Assembly (NCBI RefSeq): GCF_009914755.1
Contig: NC_060931.1
Origin: the human T2T-CHM13v2.0 reference genome, Homo sapiens
DNA: 64,000 nucleotides
Strand: one strand, 5' to 3'
The notes under the pieces were generated by a model, which saw only the letters and a list, made by a program, of their open reading frames with translations, had not been told where the DNA came from and ran no database searches. How positions within the stretch are numbered: the first letter of the stretch is position 1; each line of letters opens with the position of its first letter. Positions 14,003-27,217 of this stretch are shown here, piece after piece. The position numbers and the translations under genes were made by a program.

Positions 14003-16286
14003 TGATATGGTTTGGCTGTGTTCCCACCCAAATCTTATGTTGAATTCCCATGTGTTGTGGGAGGGACCCGCTGAGAGGCAATTGAATCATGGAGGTGGGT
14101 CTTTCCCATGCTGGTCTCGTGGTAGTGAATAAGTGTCACAAGATCTGATGGTTTTAAAATGGGAGTTTCCCTGTACAAGCTCTCTCTTTGCCTGCTGCCA
14201 TCCACATAAGATGTAACTTGCTCCTCCTTGCTTTCTGCCAAGATTGTGAGGCCTCCCCAGCCACGTGAAACTGCAAGTCCATTAATCCCTTTTTCCTGTC
14301 TAAATTACCCAGTCTTGGCTATGTCTTTATCAGCAGTGTGAAAATCAAGTAATACAGTAAATTGGTACAAGTAGAGTGGGGCACTGCTGAAAAGATACCT
14401 GAAAATGTGGAAGCAACTTTGGAACTGGGTAATAGGAAGATGTTGGAACAGTTTGGAGGGCTCAGAAGAAGAAAGGAATATGTGGGAAAGTTTGGAACTT
14501 ACTAGAGATTTGTTGAATGGCTTTGACAAAAATGCTGGTAGTGATACGAACAATAAGGCCCAGGCTGAGGCGGTCTCAGATGGAGATGACGAACTTGTTG
14601 GGAACTGGAGCAAAAGTGACTCTTATTATGTTTTAGCAAAGAGACTGGTGGCATTTTGCCCTGCCCTAGAGATATGTGGAACTTTGAACTTGAGGGAGAT
14701 TATTTAGGGTATTTGGTGGAAGAAATTTCTAAGCAGCAAAGCATTCAAGAGGTGACTTGGTTGCTGTTAAAAGCATTCCGTTTTATAAGGGAAGCAGAGC
14801 ATAAGAGTTTGGAAAATTTGCAGCCTGATGATGCGATAGAAAAGAAAATCTGATTTTTGGAGGAGAAATTCAAGCTGGCTGCAGAAATTTGCATTAGTAA
14901 TGAGAAGCCAAATGTTAATCCCCAAGACAATGGGGAAAATGTCTCCAGGGCATGTCAGAGGTCTTCACAGCAGCCCCTCCTATCATAGGCCCAGAGGCCT
15001 AGGAGGAATAAATGGTTTTGTGGGCCTGGTCCAGGGTCCCTGTGCTGTGTGCAGTCTACGGACTTGGTGCTCTGCATCCTGGCCACTCTAGCCATGACTA
15101 AAATGGGCCAATGTACAGCTCAGGCCATGGCTTCAGAGGGTGCAAGCCCCAAGCCTTGGCAGCTTCCACATGGTGTTGAGCCAGTAGGTGCACAGAAGTC
15201 AAGAACTGAGGTTTGGGAACCTCCACTTAGATTTCAGAGGATGTATGGAAATGTCTGAATGCCCAGGCAGAAGTTTGCTGCAGGGGCAGGTCTCTCATGG
15301 AGAACTTCTCCTAGGGAAGTGCAGAAGGGAAATGTGGGGGTCAGAGCCCTCACACAGCATCCTTACTGGGGCACTGCCTAGTGGAGCTGTGAGAAGAGGG
15401 CCACCATCCTCCAGACCTCAGAATGGTAGATTCACCTACAGCTTGCACTGTGTTCCTGGAAAAGCTGCAGACACTCACTTTTCAGCCCATGAAAGCAGCT
15501 GGGAGGGAGGCTATACCCCACAAAGCCACAAGGGTGAGCTGCTCAAGATTATGGGAACCCACCTCTTGCATCACAGTGACCTGGATGTGAGACATGGAGT
15601 CAAAGGAGATCCTTTTGGAGCTTTAAGATTTGACTGCCCTGCTGGATTTTGGACTTGCTTGGGGCCTGTGGCCCCTTTGTTTTGCCCAATTTCTCCCATT
15701 TGAAATGGCTGTATTTACCCATTGCCTGTACCCCCATTGTATGTAGCAAGTAACTAACTTGCTTTTGATTTTACAGGCTCATAGTTGGAAGGGACTTGCC
15801 TTATCTCGGATGAGACTTTGGACTATGGACTTTTGAATTAATGCTGAAATGAGTTAAGACTTTGGGGAACTCTTGGGAATGCATGATTGATTTTGAAATG
15901 TGAGGACATGTGATTTGGGAGGGGCCAGGGGCAGAATGATATGGTTTGGCTGTGTCCCCACCCAAATCTCACCTTGAATTCCCACATGTTGTGGGAGGGA
16001 CCCACTGAGAGGTAATTGAGTCATAGGGGCAGGTCTTTCCCATGCTGTTCTCAGGATAGTGACTAAGTCTCACAAGATCTGATGATTTTAAAATGGAGTT
16101 TCCTTGCCCAAGTTCTCTCTTTGCCTGCTGTCATCCATATATGATGTGACTTCCTCCTCTTTGCCTTCACCATGATTGTGAGGCCTCCCCAGCTGCAAGC
16201 AACTGTAAGCGCATTAAACCCTTTCTCCTGTATAAATTACCCAGCCTCAGGTATGTCTATCAGCAGCATGAAAATGGACTAATACA
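14003..16286 (+). mobile_element. Full-length THE1 (THE1B-like) MaLR: LTR 14003-14356, internal region, LTR 15937-16286
   Basis: Both LTRs read TGATATGGTTTGGCTGTG...TAATACA. The internal region starts gtaaattggta and encodes decayed MaLR ORF text (WNSLEGSEE). 5-bp TSD ccttc/tcttc. Confidence 0.95.
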
Positions 16287-18361
16287 TCTTCCAATCCATG
16301 AACATGGAATAGCTTTCCTTTTATTTGTGTCTGCTTCAAAAATCCTCAGAAAAACACTAACAAACCAAATTCAACAACACATTAAAAAGATTATTCACCA
16401 TAATCAAGTGGGATACTCTCAGGGATGCAAGGATGGTTCAACATATGCAAATTAATAAACATACATATTACATTAACAGAATCAAGGACAAAATATGTGA
16501 ACATTTCAATAGATGCCAAAAAAGCATTCAATAAAATTCAACATTTCTTCATGACAAAAACTCCCAACAAATTTGTATTGGAAGGAACATACCTGAACAC
16601 AATAAAGTCTGTATATGACAAACCCACAGCTAACATCACACTGAACAAGGAAAAGTGAAAGCTTTTCCTCTAAGATATGTAACAACAAAATAATGCTCAC
16701 TTTCGTCACTTTTATTCAACATAGAAGTGAAAGTTCAAGCCAAAGCAATTAGGCAAGAGAAAGAAATAAAAGGCATCCAAATAGGAGAGAAACAAGTCAA
16801 ATTATCCCAGTTTGCAGACTACATGATTTTATGTATATAGAAAACTAAAAAGACTCCACCAAAATGCTATTACAATTAATAAGTGAATTTAGTAAAGTTG
16901 CAGGATAAAAAATCAATAAGCAAAAATCAGTAGCATTTCTATATGCCAGTAATGAACTATCCAAAAAAGAAATCAAGAAAAAAATTTTATTTACAATAGC
17001 TACAAAAATTACAATAGGACAAAACTTAACCAAAGATGTGAAAGATCTCTACAATAAAAGCTATAAAATGTTGAAGTTTTAATTCTAAGACCCTGTACGA
17101 AGGACCTTAGAATATCCAAAGATTAAAATGTAGCGTACCAAGACAAATACATAGAAATGAAAATTTTATTGACACTAACTTGTAACTAGTGCTGTCCTCA
17201 TTTTAAATGTATCATGAAGCTGGTAAGAATAAATTCAAGATTACTTTAAATTTGTTAAATTAGACTACTGAAATGTCAAAATTATATCAAAGAGGTAGAT
17301 TTGAAAGTATCCATGATATCAACACCCCCATTCATTTCTGTAAATTCTTTTAAAATTTCCTGTAAGAGTTCATGCCCATAGGATTTCTTTTAATATGTTG
17401 AATAGTACAGTAAGAAAATTACATTTACATAAGTAGATTTTTTTAATTTTCAAAAATCTTAGCAGTATTTTTCAACGTAGTTGCTAAACTTTATTAAAGC
17501 CTTTGATTGCCCTCATTTTGACCAAAATTCACATGTTGTGATATTATAAAAGAATAACAAGTCTTGATTTTTATCTTCCAAATTCAATACTCAGGAATTC
17601 AAACATTTTTATAAAAATATACTGAAATATTTTCAAAACCTCATCAAAGTAAAGAAAGAGTAGATAAAAGAGGAAGTCATTTCTTTCTTTACCTCTACCC
17701 TAGGTAGGAAGAAGTTGGGGGAAGAAAAATAAATTTGTACAATATAATGTACTCATAAAGAGGTTATTATTTTTATGAAGAAATAAGCATACACTTAAAG
17801 AAAGAGATATTTATATGATCTTTTCTTGGAGTATTTATTTTTTTAAATGAAGATTTCAAAAATCATCATCCAAAGTAAAGAAAACGAATTCCAAGAAAAA
17901 TTAAGGTTATATGAAGTTGTTAAATTCCACACTCTCCAAGTTTCCACTCGAAGGAATTCTCTGTGAGGTTTTACCCACTGTAAATCTGTTGCTTTTGGTT
18001 TTAAGCCTGTACATTCTGATGTTCATTATTCTGATTTCATTATTCTGATCTCCCTTTCTTTTCATTTCTCCAATTCACTAACCCTCTTCATCATGCTATT
18101 TTGTCCTTTTATTTTTTTTTCCCAGTATCCATTCATTTGTTAAAGTGTCAGTTATAATTGTGTTCAAAGTAGAATCTATAAAATCATTAGAGGTCTTAGC
18201 TAAGTGGATTGAGGCAGGTATAAACAGACCTTTTAGCACTACAAAATCTTCTAGACTTCCAAGAGTCACAAATTCTTATAGAAAGAACAAGACAAATGAT
18301 AACTAAACATTGGTTTCTATAATATTTTTAAGAGTTTCCAGTATGAAGTAAGGATATCACA

Positions 18362-18600
18362 AGTGTATATGTACATACATGTGTATGTATACAAGGACAT
18401 GTACACATGTGTGTGATTTGTACATGTTGCCATTTCTGTGTATGCATATATTTGTGCAAATGTATATATGCTTGTGTGTGTGCATGTTACATTTTCATGT
18501 CAATACACATGTGCATGTGGGTCCATACGTGTGCACGTGTGTTTTCTTATGTATGCACATGTATAGGTATATAAACATGCATGTATGCACATGTCTTTAC
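18362..18600. repeat. Degenerate (TG/CA/TA)n low-complexity tract
   Basis: Alternating purine-pyrimidine sequence. Confidence 0.75.
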
Positions 18601-18934
18601 AAATGCAATGCACAAATAACATTCGGCAGGAGAAGCTGACTTTTATAGAAGTATACAACATGATCAATTGTAGTTATTGAACACTTAAGGGACACTATGA
18701 GACAAAAACATAAAGCATATTTTCCACATGGTATGATCCATAATGTAGTTTTTATTCATTGGTACAATGTTCTCTTGAATCTTCAAGATATTTGTGTAGT
18801 TTCTTATGGAAATAAAAAGCAATTCAATCATTTTTTGTTGTACCTTGAAATTATTGCAAAAAAATAAAAATTAGAATTGTGAATTTATTTACCTAGTGGA
18901 AAAATCTTATGTATAGTCTATAGTAAGCATTTCT

Positions 18935-19115
18935 AAGCCAAGATTTCTCAGACTTATGTATACTGAAAAATAATCCAGCAAAGGTAGAAATGTTGATTCT
19001 TGTAATCTACCACTAGAGATTCAATAAGTCATGAGTAGATTCCAGAAATCTAAATTTTTATGACATATTCTGCATTATTTTAATGCAGCTGGCCCATGGA
19101 TCGCACTTTTAGATA
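18935..19115. mobile_element. MER5B-like hAT MITE
   Basis: '...attttaatgcagctggcccatggatcgcacttt' resembles the MER5B end. Confidence 0.45.
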
Positions 19116-20627
19116 AATAATACAGCACTGCAATTGGAATTTCATATTTTTCTTCAGTACAAGGGATTAGAGCACAGAAATCTAAATTTTGATATAGACT
19201 CTGCCAAGTATACAGAGATCATACAAAGTTATTTTTTCCATCACAAATATTAACATGTGTGGGCATGCATGCAACCACTTGATTTTGGCTAGTGAGGGGA
19301 TTTGAATACTAAGCAAGAAGGTAGAATACACCAGACTCAAGCTACACTTCATATAGGCCTATGGAGATTCAGGACTCTTTTGATGAATATTAATTATAAG
19401 CCCGTGAGGTGCCTGGGCCAAAGGTAAGAGACAAATTTATTTAAAACACATATTTAAAGCCTTTTGGGAATCCAATTGTTAGCCATTCATCTCTTGATGA
19501 ATATTATAGTAACAGTCAAGTGGAGCACACCTGCTTTGCTGCACCTGAGACAGTTCATCCAGAGGTTGCTCTGGCTTCCATGGAATGTTGACAGCAAGAC
19601 CAGCTAAAAAGATGAGACAGAAGCATGGCACCAACTGTAGCAGTCAGAGGAATCTAGAGCTACAAACTGCAAATGCACATTAAATAACATATTAGACCAA
19701 GTGAGGTATTTTGGAGCATTCAGTCTTTGAAATGCACATATTATTTATTATTCCTCAAGGACAATATGTGATAGTAGGGATACGGATGTTCTTTGCTGGG
19801 AGTTCTTTGTTTCATTTGCTGAAAACACTAATTCAGGCAAGCTATTATTCACCTAAGTCGTGTTTCAGCAAGACTAGAAACTTCATTGTTCTGTTTACTT
19901 GCCTTTTGTGGGACAGAATAAAAAGCAGGATTTGTATGAGTGAAACATATTGGACTCTTTTGGCTCCATCATAAAGATCGGTGGAATCGGTAGATACACA
20001 GCAGGTCTGAGGTGAGAAGATGAACTCCATATGTTGATTATGAGGAAGAAAAGAAGGCAGACCAGACTGTACTCTGCTAACAACACTAACAGACATGTTA
20101 TAATAATGTCAAATCATATAAACGATAGTCAAACTCATGAATAGCCCATTTATTGGAAGTAATTTGATGACATTCAGATAAGTGGAACATATTTGCATAA
20201 ATTATTTCTGTTGCATATATTTAAAATTATTTCAGTAAAATATCTTTAATTAGAGGAAATTATGTATCAGTAAGCCAGATTCTCAAAGTAAAGGCAGCAA
20301 TACCATGAATAATTCTCAGATACTGATACTCAATCTATTTCAACATGGATTTTAGGAAACACAGTAAATAAAAGTATCTCTTGAACCCCAGTGTGATCTA
20401 TGAATAATAGAAAATAGACATACAGTCTAATGAAAGTAAGACAATAAATAGTAGAAACTAAAAAACTGTGGTGATAATTCCAGAAATAGAATAAATAGCA
20501 CGAATTGCATTAAATAGTAGATATTATTAAAGGCATTAAAGTACACAGCTATATATAGGTATATAGGTTAAAACTATTCTGTAATTATTTATTTAAAGTT
20601 TTACTAACTTGTTGCTTATTTTTATTA

Positions 20628-21271
20628 GCATTATTTTAGGGTTCTCCAGAGGAACAGGGAACAGAAACAACAGGAAATGTGCACACACGCACACACGTGA
20701 GCCAATTTCTTGTAAATTGCAGATCTTATAATATATAATATATATATTTTTAGATAATATGTATATATGTAGAACATATATTATAAAATTGTCCAAAAAT
20801 ATAAATAAAATTGTCTTATCTATATGTATGTATATATATTTATCATAAGAAATTGGCTCACGTTATTAAGGAGGCTGAAAAGTCCCAAGATCTGCATTTG
20901 GCAAGCCATAGACCCAGGAGAGCTGGTGGTATAGTTTGTCTGAGAGCTGGCAGGCTTGATACCCAAGAAGAGCCAATGTTTCAGTTCAAGTGTAATGGCA
21001 GGAAAAGACTGCTATTTTAGCTCAGCAGTCAGACAAGAAAAGTTTTCTGTTTCTCACCAGAGGGACCCCCTTTTTGTTCTATTCCCACCTTCATTTGATT
21101 GGGGGAGTCTCACCTATGTTAGAGAAGACAATCTGCTTTATTCAGTCTACAGATTCAAATGTTAATCTCATCCAAAAAAAACACTCTCAGAGTCACAACC
21201 AGAATAATATTTGAGCAAATACCTGGCACCTCATGATCTACTCAAGCTGACACATACAATTAACCACCACA
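20628..21271 (-). mobile_element. MLT2 (ERVL) solo LTR
   Basis: 'ttagggttctccagagg...aattggctcacg...aatgttaatctcatcc...aagctgacacatacaattaaccaccaca' with the internal TA-rich tract typical of MLT2. Confidence 0.85.
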
Positions 21272-21289
21272 ATCATATTTATTTATTTC

Positions 21290-23330
21290 TAACTGATTTA
21301 TTTAACAATGGCAAGCATGCTCTACACTGGGGATAGAGCGGTGAACAACAATAGATCAAAGCCACTGCTCTTATGGAGCATACATTATAAAGGGATGGGA
21401 GGAGATATAAAATAAACAAGAGAAACAAGCGAAATACAATAAATCAGAGATTTATAATTTTTTGTGAAGAAAATAAATCAGGGACACTAACGGTATTTGT
21501 TTGAGGTTTGATGGGAATGAGTTGCAACTTTAAATAGTCAGCCAAGGAAAACCTCATTGAGATGCTAAGATTTAAGTAGAGTCTTTAAGTAGTGGAAGAG
21601 AAAATTATGCAGACATCTGTAGGACAGCCTTTTAGTCAGGGGAACAGCAACAGAAATGGCTATCGTAAACGCAATGCCTGGTGTATTTAACAAAGGCAAA
21701 AACTGCTATGTTGGAGCAAGCAAAAGAAATAATCATAGGAAAATAATAAAAAATAGGTAAAGAATGGGAGGATCAGATCATGTAGAGCTTTGTAGGATAA
21801 TATAATTTGAAGCCTTTGGCTTCTTTTTGTTTGTTTTCTTAGTAAGAAGTGAAGACTTTGGAACTCTCTTTTGCGAGTTTTCATATACATCTTTATTAGG
21901 GAGGTATATCAATTCTTCCATTTATTGAAAAAAAATGTTAAGTCTGTTAACATGTCTGTAGTATCCATAATTGTGCTAAAAACCAGAAACCCAACAGTGA
22001 AAAAATGAGACATTGTACCTTCCCTCACTGAGTTGACATACTGGTTGGAAGACGCTCATTTACAAGAAGCCACAATTACTTAACGTAAATTCTATGAAAG
22101 GAGACATTACTGGGTGCTTGTTAGCACACAGGAGAGGCCTCTATTGAGTGAAAGATTTCTCGCGAGGGAAGTCACATCCAAGTTGAGACATGAAAGGTGA
22201 GTGGAAGTTAACCAGGCATAGTGAGAGGGAAGGAGGGGTGCTAGTGTGTGCTTGTGAAGTCAGAAGTGAGAGCCAAGCAGAGGGTACATCATGTTGCAAG
22301 GTTTATATCCGAGAGTGTACATATCTACGAAAGCAAGAGAGAATGTTAATGAAATTTGGAGAAGGGTTGAAAGTGCTAAGCTGAAATTGGACAGGTGTGG
22401 AGGATTTTGGTGGGCCTTTATTTCCCTGATTAAGTACTATATCCTGAAGTCACCAGAAAATGCACACAGTTTTAAACTGAGTAGTGATTGTTTCCATTTT
22501 CATATAGAAAGATCAACTTGGCTAGAGAATGGGCTTGACAGGAAAGCAATCATCAAAAGTTTGGAGTATTTCAGGCAAAGTGGGATACAGCCCTGGGTTT
22601 GGCAGTGAATAGAAGTTAAGGAAAGGGAGGGAGATATATTTTAGACACCGCAGAAATAAAATTTGTAAGATGTGGTGATTTATTAGTGGGCAGGACAGGA
22701 AAGAAGGAAATTAGCTGGTGTCTGGTTTGAGCAACTAGCACATGATGCTATTATGAGGTAAGAAATGCGGAGGAAAAGCAGTTCTGTGAAGACAGGTGAA
22801 GTTCTGTCTAAGATCCTTAATTTAAACATTTAAGTGGTGATAACCAAAATATAGTTGGATATATGCATTTGCAGTTATGCGGAACTGTCTGGGAGAAGAT
22901 ACACATTTGCAAAGTGATAATAATTTGAGACAAGGAAATGAATGAGATTACTCAGACTATGTATAATATTTGAATCTAAGAGACCTTTTAGTGGAACTTG
23001 TAAGAAGCCAAATATTTAAGGGATAAAAATAGAAAAAAAAGTGTCTTTAAAGTATATCAGAGGTATAGGAAATAAGATAGGAAATTATGATGTCTCCAAA
23101 TAAAAAGCTTTAAAAAAAGGATAAAATGGTCAGTGTTTGTAAATATTCTCAAGAGTTCAAGTCATGTAAAAACTACAAACTTATCCATTATATTTTCTAA
23201 GAAGTCATTATTAGTAGCTTTGTGGGTAACACTTTCACTGAAGCAGTATGGACTGCAGAATTGAAGGGTGACCATGGAGAAAAGAAGCTGAAAGAGATGT
23301 AAAAGCTCTTCTAAACTAGTGCAGTTCTCA
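21290..23330 (-). mobile_element. L2 LINE fragments
   Basis: L2-like motifs such as 'ctggggatagagcggtgaacaa', 'ctgctcttatggagcatacatt' and 'ggtttgagcaactag'. Confidence 0.65.
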
Positions 23331-24219
23331 TATTTTAAAGTTTTTAAAAAAGTTCTGTTTTGTCCATCAGTTAGCATATAAATACTGAATTAAGTTCACA
23401 CACACACACACACACGGCATAAAGTTGTTCTTTATATCTTCTAGATGGCAGGCATCTGATCACATCCGGATGAGTTGGGGCCAGAAATGAAGACGATGTC
23501 AGTTGGAGAGGAGTGCACGCAACTCTAGAAGGCAGCTCAACTGCTGTGTGGTTTGCCAGTAGCATATCTTACTCTTGAGGGCAAACTCTTCAGATAATTA
23601 CAAACACAAAGTCTGCAATTCTAGCCAGGGTCGTATTTCAGAAAAGCCATCTATGGAGAGCAGGAAACTAAAGTTTGCCAAGCAAAGGGGCCAAGAGTAA
23701 AGTCAAGTTTTGTGCCAAATGAGACCCTGCCAAGGAAGGCAGGCTATAGGAGGACTGGGAGAATTTAAGGATCTAAAATGTCAGGGCAATAGATTACATC
23801 CAAATGGGTGAACCAGGGAGCAAGACTGGGTAATATCAAACACGATGCTGAAGAATAGGCCAGCAGGAAACCAGGAGACAAATTATGTCTGACAGGAGAG
23901 GAGCAGAAGCCCCATCTGGGTTCTAATTCATGGCACAGTGAATTAGCTCTGCCATTCTAAAATGTTAAAGGCAAAACATCAGACAATGAGCTCTGAAAAA
24001 TGAATGTCCAAACACTAGCTTTCCTGAGTTCCTGTACCCTAATCTACCCTATGATTCTTAATCTTCAGATACTCCAGGCCAGAGAATTTCTTGTTTAAAA
24101 AAAGGAGGTAGGAGATTTCAGGGAGGTAGGGGATTTATTGCATTTTCTGTAAGTGAGTGACATGTGATTTGCTGAAGAATACAAATTGTCCCTGTCATGT
24201 AGAAAAATAAGAGAAATAA

Positions 24220-25988
24220 TGACACAGGATTTTTTTGGTGCCGCCTCACCAGCCAGAAACCTCTGTGACTGGTGGTGCTTCTGCTTGAGTTTTGCTCTTG
24301 GCTGCCAGGCTCATTCTGCCTGCTTGGCCTGGCAGGCTGTGCTCAGCTCATGCTACTGGCCCAGATCCCACACCTGCCAAGGGCGAGCCAGGTGCAGAGT
24401 GGCAAGGGGTGTGTGAGAGAGCAAGCACAGGGTCCTGGCCACTGCGCACAGCCAGGCATGCCAGCTGCTATGGCAGAGCAGGCAGCTCCAGGCACTAGCA
24501 CAGGCGCTGGCTCTGTGTGAGGCTGCAGCTGGACCAGACATACTGCAAACAGCTTCTGCTGTGGGCTGCAGCATCTGGATGAGGGGAACACCGTGGCTCC
24601 TCAAAGCTCGGAGATGCAAGGAACTACAGAGCCCCACAGCATGTCACAGCCCTGGCTTGGAGAGCCTCGAGGTCTGGGATCCTAGAAGGACCACAGCTCT
24701 TTCCTCCTCCTTGTCACCTGCAGCAGGGCAAGCAGGGGTGGGAGGGCTGGAGGGAGATGTTTCAGCCCATTTGTATTACAGCTCTTTCAGTCCATCCCAC
24801 TCCAACTGTGGCTCCTGGGCTGGCCTGGCCCTGCAACTACTTCCCATTGCATGGGGTGGCTGCCCAGCACCAGCGGAGGGCAGGAGGGCTACCATGTTAC
24901 AGCCTCTTTTGTTCCTGCCAGCATCTTGGTGAGCTGGCCAGAGAAGTTATAGCTCTTTTCACTCCTGCTGTTAAGCAGATCCCAAGTTCTTGTCCCACAT
25001 CCGGGAAGAACAAGGTTACTTGGACAACTGGAGGGTAAGCAAGGTGGAGAAGAACTTTCTTGGGTGACTGAACAGCTCTCAGTGAAGAGGAAACCTGAAG
25101 TGGAGAGTTCCTACCTACAGGCGGTTAGTCCCAACCAGTGCCTGACTCTGGCAGAGTCTGGGGTTTTTATGGGCTCAGAATGGAGGAAATGCATGCTGAT
25201 TGGTCCACGGGCAGGAGGAGGTATGTGCCAATTGGTTCATGGGAGGACATGGAAAAAGCATCACTTGATTGGCTAAAAGGCATCAAAGAAGTGGTCACTC
25301 TGGGTGTCAGACTTCACCTGGAACTTGGTAAAGTTCCCCAGGCTTCAGGCTGTCCCTGGCTTGAAGGTGGGGTTTCAACAGGGACCCACCCTTTCCTGCC
25401 TAGAACCTGTCTGCCTCCTGCTGCCATCAACACGCTGTCCATGGCATTCAGGCTGTCCATGCCAAGGGGCACCCACAGGCCTGAGCCGAGCCACCCTCAG
25501 CCCCCTGGCCTCCCTCCCGTGCTCGTCAGTAACCAAAGTTTCAGTCTCAGAAGCAGTTTCCAGAGCAGACTGAGGCAGCTGGGGGTTGGTGTGTCAGCAC
25601 CACCCCAAGCATGCACACACCCAGCCGGGTCATGCCAGCACCCAGGCTCAGCTATTGGGACGTGACCACAGCTTTGCTTTGCTGTGGAGTGGGGAGAGGC
25701 CAAGGAGTGGGAGCAGGCACTTCTGAGCCTGTGGGGGTAGGGGGCTTCTCGGGCCCCTGAGAGCACAGGGATGCCCGGATCTGGAGCCATGGCTTGGCAG
25801 CTGCCATGGTGGCTGGGCTGCATTTGCACCCAGGAGCACAGGCTCCACCCTGCCAACTCTTTGGGGCGTGGGGCTCCTGCTGGATCATCTGTTCCCAGCC
25901 CACAGGCTCCATGGAGTCTGGCCATGCCTCCCCTGCAGCAGCTGGATTCCTCCCAGCGGCTGCTCCGGAAGGGCTGCTGCTACCATCA
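24220..25988 (-). mobile_element. MER52 (MER52A-like) ERV1 solo LTR, ~1.77 kb
   Basis: GC-rich block. Minus strand begins TGATGGTAGCAGCAGCCCTTCCGGAGCAGCCGCTG and ends ...TGTGTCA. 4-bp TSD ataa/atga. Confidence 0.88.
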
Positions 25989-26921
25989 ATGAGTTTATAA
26001 CTTAACAATTACACAAGTAGAAGAAAATGTAAAAGCCAACCTTTATATGCTTTTAGAGACAAAATTTGCTTCCTAAAGGAATGAATCAAATCCAAAGATT
26101 CTCATAATTCTGTACTCTTAGTAGACACTGTTGTCATCTTGTCATCAAGGAGATGATGCTGAACAAAGTGGTGAAGATCATCACATAAAGTTCTCCTGAA
26201 GATGAATGGTTGCATCTACCTTACAGTTGTCCATAACTGATATGAAATCAGTTTTAAAATCTCATGTTAGAGGTCAGTGCAATTAATAGTATTGTTCCTC
26301 CAATAAGGGGAGAAAGGCATATTTTAAATTTAATTATATCACTCAGTGAATATGAGGCTATGTTACTTATTAAAAATAGTAAAATATTCTAAAGTGAAGA
26401 ATGAGGGAAATGCATGTCAAAATCCAGCATAAAAAGTAGTTGCTTTCTGGAATTTAGAACAGCAGCTCATAGAGGATGCATAAGTATTTTTCCTAAGCTG
26501 TATAAAGAGAAAGTACAAATGACAAATATTCTTAGTAACAAATGGCCTAAATTGAAATAAGTAATCCCCTGGCCCTTAAGTAAGAAATTGGAAGCATCTA
26601 TTGGTATATATCTGTGCTTAAGATAAATTGATAAAATAATAATAAATGCTGTGACAGGTAATGAAATGAGTACTCAATCATTTTACTTAGCACAATATTA
26701 AAATGCTTCTGTTCTGACAGAGGCATGTACCCATCAGGATTATTGATCCTTGTAAAATGTTTTAGGTAGTAAATATATATGTGCATATCTATACATAAGA
26801 ATTTTGACAAGCTATAAAAAATTAGAGTAGAAATTCTGCCTCATCTCATTTATTTAGATCAATTAATAACTAAAGATCTCATTTGCTCTATTAAGAAAGT
26901 GTGAGCTATTAAGAAAGTGTG

Positions 26922-27217
26922 GGCTGGGCGAGGTGGCTCACAGCTGTAATCCCAGCACTTTGGGAGGCCAAGGTGAGCAGATCACTTGAGGCCAGGAGTT
27001 TGAGACCACCCTGGTCAACATGTCAAAACATCGTCTCTACTAAAAATACAAAAAGTATCTGGGCATGGTGGCACATGCCTGTAACTCCAGCTGTTCAGGA
27101 GGCTGAAGCATGAGAATCACTTGAACCAGGGAGGCAGAGGTTGCAGTGAGCCAAGATTGCAACACTGCTCTCAAGTCTGGATGATACAGCCAGACCTTGT
27201 GATAAAGAAAAAAAAGA
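26922..27217 (+). mobile_element. Alu (old J/S type)
   Basis: Dimeric Alu; TSD aagaaagtgtg at 26911-26921 and 27218-27228. Confidence 0.93.

Larger units (their letters stand above)
12107..17073 (-). mobile_element. L1MA-family LINE-1 with 5' inversion, containing a nested THE1
   Basis: 3' UTR/ORF2 is antisense from ~12107 to ~16337. The RT-region segment is in the opposite orientation from ~16338 to 17073 (MQGWFNICK ORF). TSD aa(a/g)ttttaattct at 12094-12106 and 17074-17086. Confidence 0.88.

Noticed and set aside
14305-15703. ORFs up to 171 aa
   Set aside because: Fragments of the decayed THE1 internal ORF and its alternative frames.
24186-26008. Many overlapping 60-175 aa ORFs
   Set aside because: They lie in or overlap the GC-rich MER52 LTR. 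Low stop-codon density explains them, and I see no domains.
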